Below, piece after piece: positions 59,028 to 64,000 of a stretch of 64,000 nt of DNA. The notes beneath the pieces are model-generated. The model was given only the letters and a program-made list of their open reading frames with translations. It was not told where the DNA came from and searched no databases. The stretch comes from an uncultured Pirellulales bacterium. GTDB lineage: Bacteria; Planctomycetota; Phycisphaerae; Sedimentisphaerales; Anaerobacaceae. A program made the position numbers and the translations under genes. The stretch is taken from NCBI GenBank assembly GCA_964421295.1, contig CAYQXM010000015.1, positions 769 through 64,768 of the forward strand. The letters run 5' to 3'. The first letter of the stretch is position 1; each line of letters opens with the position of its first letter.

Positions 59028-60691
59028 CCGCGCTTTCGTTTTTTCACCTCCGGCTCCGTTGGAGAATCAGGCGATGTTGTCGCCAGCGTTTGCTCCCGGA
59101 CGTAGTGGAATCGCTCGCCGATTGCGATTCCTCCCTCCGGATAGAACACCGGAACGTTGCGGGCCTTCAGAACTGCGACGCACTTCTTGTGTTCTTCGGT
59201 GACGAGGTCGTCGCCTATCAAATAGATGGCCTTCGGCGAGAGCTGGTCCATCAGGTAGAGGTAGGGTTCGTAGGCAACCGTGATATGACGGCCCGTGATG
59301 GGCAGGATCGCGATGTCGATCGGACCGAAAGCCTTCAGGGCGTCGATCTCTTTACGGTATTTCTCCACCTGGGAGGCGCTGTTGTTCGGGGCCGCGTGAA
59401 GTCCGGCGTGGAAGACCTTCACTCCATCGGCTTCGACGAGATAGCCAAAGCCTTCCATGCCGGGAAAGTAGCGACGCATCGCCGTCGTATGGACCCCGAT
59501 CCCGCCCACGGCGAAGGCCTCGCCGGGTTTGGCGAGTCGATAGGGCGGAATGTCCCCTTCGGGCGCGGCGTCGCCCACGAATATGAGATTGGAGGGCCGA
59601 GGGGCGGTCGGATCGGAGTCCAGTATGAAATCGGCGCCCGGCATTCGCTTCGCCAGCCTGGAAAGGCCCATTCCAGAGGCAAACACGGTGATCCTCTGAC
59701 CTGCCAGTTCGTCGGACGCCAGATGCCCGTTAGCCAACCCCGACTCCGGTGATTCATTTATCCGTACCGGAGGACGGAAGAGAAGCAGGTGTTCCTTCGT
59801 CTTCACGGCAAAGCTGGAGCAAGGGGAGCCGCCGCCCATGTACCAGAGATAGGCCTCGCCTTCCTTGAGGGCTTCGGTGAGCTGCGGCGATTTGCCGTAG
59901 TTGGCCTCGACGATGGCGCTCTTGTCTGCTCCAGCGGTGATCAATGCATCGGCCGCCTTGCGATGGCCGTGTCTGGCGGCATAGTAGAGCGGCGTATGAC
60001 CATACTCGTTTGTGGCGTTGACCCCTGCGCCGTGCCTGATCAGGAGCGGCACCAGATCCGCGCTGCCCCTCATGGCCGCCAGATGGAGTTCGGTGTTGCC
60101 GAAGCTGAATTCCTGAAGTCTCGCTCCGTTTTCGAGGAGCCACTTGGCCATTTCCTCGTTTGGACCTTGATAAATGGCCATTTGCAGGGGAGTGCCTTCC
60201 AGGGTGTTGACGTTGATGTCTGCGCCGTGATCGATCAGGAACCTGGCTTTCTTGAGGTTGCCCATCTTGGCGATACCGCTGAAGATTGTCCAGTTGCGAT
60301 GGGTAGATAGTTTCGCGTTGATGTCGGCCCCCTTGGCAAGGAGACGTTCAGCAAGATCGACGTTGAAATCCTCACGCGGATGATCGATGACCCCGTACAA
60401 CGGTGTTACACCTATCTTGTTCCCGGCGTTGACGTTGGCGCCCCTGTCGATGAGGAAATTGGCGACCGCCGCCTGAGATGCAGCGCACGCCCTACCGAGC
60501 GATGTGTCGCCATTGTTGTCTTTCGACTCCAACAACGTTGGATCGGCTTCAAGGAGCGTCTTCACCTTGTTCAGATCGCCGCCAGCGGCCGCGTCGTGGA
60601 TCTCTCCCGCACGCAGACCAGCGGCAAGGAGGCTCATCCCGGCCAGGATAACCGTTATGTGGACTACTCTGACAGACTTGAATGTTCCCAT
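59024..60691 (-). CDS. Secreted ankyrin-repeat + metallo-beta-lactamase-fold protein
   Basis: ATG at 60691 follows AAAGGA. Signal MGTFKSVRVVHITVILAGMSLLAAGLRA. ~8 ANK repeats. The C-terminal MBL-like part (GYLVEADGVKVFHAGLHA...IDIAILPITG) is a UlaG/Lactamase_B_3-like pattern recalled from memory. Confidence 0.65.
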   Translation of the reverse strand: MGTFKSVRVVHITVILAGMSLLAAGLRAGEIHDAAAGGDLNKVKTLLEADPTLLESKDNNGDTSLGRACAASQAAVANFLIDRGANVNAGNKIGVTPLYGVIDHPREDFNVDLAERLLAKGADINAKLSTHRNWTIFSGIAKMGNLKKARFLIDHGADINVNTLEGTPLQMAIYQGPNEEMAKWLLENGARLQEFSFGNTELHLAAMRGSADLVPLLIRHGAGVNATNEYGHTPLYYAARHGHRKAADALITAGADKSAIVEANYGKSPQLTEALKEGEAYLWYMGGGSPCSSFAVKTKEHLLLFRPPVRINESPESGLANGHLASDELAGQRITVFASGMGLSRLAKRMPGADFILDSDPTAPRPSNLIFVGDAAPEGDIPPYRLAKPGEAFAVGGIGVHTTAMRRYFPGMEGFGYLVEADGVKVFHAGLHAAPNNSASQVEKYRKEIDALKAFGPIDIAILPITGRHITVAYEPYLYLMDQLSPKAIYLIGDDLVTEEHKKCVAVLKARNVPVFYPEGGIAIGERFHYVREQTLATTSPDSPTEPEVKKRKRG

Positions 60692-60732
60692 GACCTGTTC
60701 CTTTCCTATATCTGTTTGGACTCCCATCAGGT

Positions 60733-62541
60733 TTAAGGAACAATCGTCAAGGGAGACGGCGATGTGCTCGCCTCGGTGGTATTGCCGTAGGCACCCAAGT
60801 TCACCCGGCCGCCGTTCGGAGCAGGCTCTCGATCGAAGGCCGCACTCGGATCGCCGGCGTCGATACACGGGCTGGTCACCTCGTCCAGGACCCAGGTGCC
60901 CGTACGCGGATGCCAGTGACCGGCCTTCGACTTGAGGTGGTGATCACCGGGGACATACGCGTTCGGATCCGCCCAACGGCCGGACGTCACGAACAGCGGA
61001 TCGGCGTCGATGTTGCCCTGACCCGCGCAGCCGCCCTGCACGTCGGAGTACGATATCGTGACATTGCTGCTCTTGCTTTGGACGTTCCCGGTCGTCAGAC
61101 CGTTGTCGTAGAGGATCGAGTTGGCGACGGTGATCTCGTCGCCGTCCAGGGCGTATCCGCGATTCTGGGTGATCGTGCAATGACTGAGATCCACCTTGCT
61201 GCAGATGAGGCGTCGGCCCTTCACGGGGATTGAGTACAAAGCCGTCCCGCCATTGCCGGCGATGATGCAGTGATCCAGACTCAGCGTGCTCTCCTGACTG
61301 ACCTCGACGCCACAGTCTTTGTGGCCCGTGATGACGCACGAACTCAGGTTCAGCTTGGCACCCGCGCAGACGATACCGTCGGTGCCGCCGGTGATGGTCA
61401 GGCCCTGGATGGAGCGTAGGGCTGACCCCGCCGCGAGTGTCACGACCGCTGAGGTTCCGTCGCCCGTGGCGCTGGTCAGGGAGACGACCGCCGAGTCTTG
61501 GGGATTGGTCGAGCGGATCGTCAGTGGAATGTTAGGCACGATCAGGTTTTCTTTGTAGGTCCCGGGCGAGATGGAGATGACCTGGCCCGCCTCGGCATAG
61601 TTGAGCGCCGTCTGAATGGAGGCGAAGCGCTGCCCGGAGGTGAGATTGTAGATCGGCCCGTTCGGATCAGGCAGAAACGCCCAGACGCTGACCCAGTAGA
61701 TGTTCGTGTCCGTGGAGGTGTCGTCGCGGCAGAAGAACAGGTATTTGTAGTCCGGTGAGAGATAAGCGGCCCCTTCGTGCTTCGACGAGTTGATGATCGG
61801 TCCCAGGTTGCGGGGGGCGGTCCACCCGCCCTGACCGTACGGGAAGCTGAGGTAGAGATCCGCGCCGCCCAAGCCCCCGGCACAATCGGAATTCCAGATG
61901 ACGTAGCTCTCATCCGGTCCCGGTGTGGGCGAACAATCATTGCCCGAGGTGTTGAGGCTGCGCAGATTCGTCGCCTCGGAGAACTGACCGTCTACCGGCT
62001 TGATGCGCCATAAATCGCACACCCCGGCCCCGCCGGTACGATGCGAGCAGATCCAGGCGTTGCCGAGGTCGGAGATGCAGCAACTCCACTCACTCTGGGC
62101 GGAGCTGATGGGGTCAGGCACGGCCTCGGGCTGAGACCACCCCAGGCCCTCTCTGCGGACCCGGTAGATGTGGCGGTTCCGGCCGAAATAGAGAATCTGA
62201 TCGTTGTCGGCCAGGCTGGGCGAGAGCGATTTACTGTCGGAGAAGGAGGCCAGCACCGGAGTGGTCCATTGCCCGTTCTCGTAGCGAGTCACCATGATCT
62301 CATATACGGTCCAGGCCGCATTGCGAATCATGAAATAGCACTCCCGCCCGTCCCGGCTGAAGCAGAGACTGTTGTCGCAGCGGTTGGCCACACTGATGAA
62401 TCCCGGCGCGAAGATCCTGGCCGTCAGTCCCGGCGGCTCCTGGCCCATATAGGGCGGGACATTGTTACTGTCCGCCCCGAGAACCGAGGATGTCACCAAC
62501 AGGACTACCCAGCCAATGGTTCTGGTTACGTGCGCGTTCAT
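60733..62541 (-). CDS. Secreted PD40 propeller + beta-helix protein (array paralog 5)
   Basis: MNAHVTRTIGWVVLLVTSSVLGADSNNVPPYMGQEPPG. Same architecture as paralogs 1-3. The ATG at 62541 directly abuts the upstream stop. Confidence 0.8.
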   Translation of the reverse strand: MNAHVTRTIGWVVLLVTSSVLGADSNNVPPYMGQEPPGLTARIFAPGFISVANRCDNSLCFSRDGRECYFMIRNAAWTVYEIMVTRYENGQWTTPVLASFSDSKSLSPSLADNDQILYFGRNRHIYRVRREGLGWSQPEAVPDPISSAQSEWSCCISDLGNAWICSHRTGGAGVCDLWRIKPVDGQFSEATNLRSLNTSGNDCSPTPGPDESYVIWNSDCAGGLGGADLYLSFPYGQGGWTAPRNLGPIINSSKHEGAAYLSPDYKYLFFCRDDTSTDTNIYWVSVWAFLPDPNGPIYNLTSGQRFASIQTALNYAEAGQVISISPGTYKENLIVPNIPLTIRSTNPQDSAVVSLTSATGDGTSAVVTLAAGSALRSIQGLTITGGTDGIVCAGAKLNLSSCVITGHKDCGVEVSQESTLSLDHCIIAGNGGTALYSIPVKGRRLICSKVDLSHCTITQNRGYALDGDEITVANSILYDNGLTTGNVQSKSSNVTISYSDVQGGCAGQGNIDADPLFVTSGRWADPNAYVPGDHHLKSKAGHWHPRTGTWVLDEVTSPCIDAGDPSAAFDREPAPNGGRVNLGAYGNTTEASTSPSPLTIVP

Positions 62542-64000
62542 CTACTTGCTTCCTCCTTTCATATCGGACAGAAAAGCTGCCATGCCGACCCAGTAGACAT
62601 CCGCCTCGGTCGGGGTTTCACGGACGAAGAAGAAATACTTCTGATCCGGCGACAGATAGGGGCTGGTCTCGTGGTCCGGGGAGTTGATGGCCGACCCCAG
62701 GTTTTTCGGCGTGGTCCATCCGCCCTGGCCGTCGGGGAAACTGATGTAGAGGTCCATCCCCCCGAGACCGCCGGGCCGATCGGCGCTGAACACCACATAG
62801 GTTTCATTGGGGCCCGGCACCGGGGAACAGTCCAATTCCGGGGTGTTCAGGTTACGAAGGTTCTGGGCCTCGTTGAACTTACCGTCCGCGGACTTGACCC
62901 GCCACAGATCGCACTTGCCCACGCCGTCGGGGCGCCACGAACACGTCCAGAGGTTCCCCAGGCTGGAAACGTGACAACTGAACTCTTCTTTAGGAGAGTT
63001 GGCCGGCGCAGCCAGAGCTTCTGGTTGGGACCACCCTTGCGTTGTCCTCCGGACTCTGCAGATATCCAGGTCCCGGCAGAAGTACAGGGTCTGATCGTTG
63101 TCGGCCAAAGATGGGCACGAGGAGCGACCGGTGGAGAATGGCGCCAGCGCCGGTGAGGACCACTGTCCATTCTCAAATCGCGTCACCATGATCTGCGAGG
63201 TGGACCAGTTTGCCGCGCGCACCCTGAAGTAACACTCCCGGCCGTCCTGGCTGAGACAGATGCTGCCTTCGAATCGCTTGGGGGCACTGACGAGGCCCGG
63301 AGCGAAGATCTTGGGCGTCCGTCCCGGCGGCTCCTGGCCGAGATAGAGCGGGGCCGTATTGCTGTCTGCTGCCACACTTGGCAGTGCCGCAATCGGGTCG
63401 GACAGGAAAGCCTGAACGCTGACCCAGTAGATACTCCCCTCACCAGCGACATTTCTGCTGAAGAAGAGATACTTGCCGTCGGGTGAGAGCGAGGGGGCGT
63501 CTTCCCAATCCGGCGTGTTGATGGCAGGGCCCAGGTTCTTCGGACTGGTCCAACCTCCCTTGCCGTCGGCGAAAGCGATGTACAGATCACCGTTGCCGAT
63601 GCCACCGGGACGATTGGATCTCAGGATAACGTACTTCTCGTCCGGACCCGGGACGGCCGCGCAATCGCTGGCATCGCTGTTGAGGGCAAGCTGGTTCTTG
63701 GGCTCCGTGAATTGTCCATCCTCGAAACGTAGCCGCCACAGATCGCACTGGCCGAGTCCGCCTTCACGCCACGAGCAGATCCACATGTTGCCCAGGCTGG
63801 AGATATCGCAACCCACGTTGCCGTTGGCGTCTGGCTTGAGGTTCACCGGGGCGGGCATAACCTCCGGTTGCGACCAGCCCTGCCCGGTTCGTCGGACTTT
63901 CCAGATGGTGTATTTCTCATGGATGAAGTAAACAGACCGATCGTTGTCCGCCAGGCACGGCCCGTAACACTTGTCGTCTGAGAATGAAGCCGGCGCGGGC
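62542..64000 (-). CDS. Multi-propeller fusion protein (at least 3 PD40 propeller modules, no beta-helix); 5' end lies beyond the right edge
   Basis: The track ORF starts at 63858, but hand translation of 63859-64000 in the same frame stays open (PAPASFSDDKCYGPCLADNDRSVYFIHEKYTIWKVRRTGQGWSQPEV) and is homologous to the paralogs. Confidence 0.7.
   Translation of the reverse strand, partial: PAPASFSDDKCYGPCLADNDRSVYFIHEKYTIWKVRRTGQGWSQPEVMPAPVNLKPDANGNVGCDISSLGNMWICSWREGGLGQCDLWRLRFEDGQFTEPKNQLALNSDASDCAAVPGPDEKYVILRSNRPGGIGNGDLYIAFADGKGGWTSPKNLGPAINTPDWEDAPSLSPDGKYLFFSRNVAGEGSIYWVSVQAFLSDPIAALPSVAADSNTAPLYLGQEPPGRTPKIFAPGLVSAPKRFEGSICLSQDGRECYFRVRAANWSTSQIMVTRFENGQWSSPALAPFSTGRSSCPSLADNDQTLYFCRDLDICRVRRTTQGWSQPEALAAPANSPKEEFSCHVSSLGNLWTCSWRPDGVGKCDLWRVKSADGKFNEAQNLRNLNTPELDCSPVPGPNETYVVFSADRPGGLGGMDLYISFPDGQGGWTTPKNLGSAINSPDHETSPYLSPDQKYFFFVRETPTEADVYWVGMAAFLSDMKGGSK

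Overview
High-GC (roughly 58-73% in hand-sampled lines) bacterial chromosome segment. The gene content looks PVC/Planctomycetota-like (my inference): many large secreted beta-helix, FN3, lectin, CAZyme and PEP-CTERM proteins, plus an HNH-AP2 protein. Housekeeping anchors are the K+-independent H+-pyrophosphatase hppA, groES-groEL, aldose 1-epimerase, threonine aldolase and an M24 peptidase. Three parts look accessory. (1) The left 12 kb resembles a conflict/mobile island. It holds a CHAT-protease/NB-ARC STAND NTPase that runs off the left edge and is absent from the ORF track. It also holds a RayT-type HUH transposase bracketed by REP hairpins, and an HNH-AP2 gene whose ORF reads through intergenic-type sequence. 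An 860-bp gap there carries 3.5 tandem promoter/hairpin units. A lower-GC block follows, with a translationally coupled ABC-ATPase + DUF4276-like (TOPRIM-like) pair and a HigB / HigA-ImmA module. (2) Several intergenic spacers consist of degenerate tracts with strict 7-nt periodicity. (3) From 50 kb to the right edge lies a tandem array of at least 6 secreted PD40-propeller + beta-helix paralogs. It shows conserved spacers, domain deletions and fusions, and a frameshifted linker. An ankyrin/MBL gene is embedded in it, a membrane-anchored ECF sigma factor is inserted in it, and a PadR-regulated MacB-type ABC exporter lies next to it. I found no rRNA, tRNA or CRISPR array by eye. All domain calls are from motif recognition without database searches.
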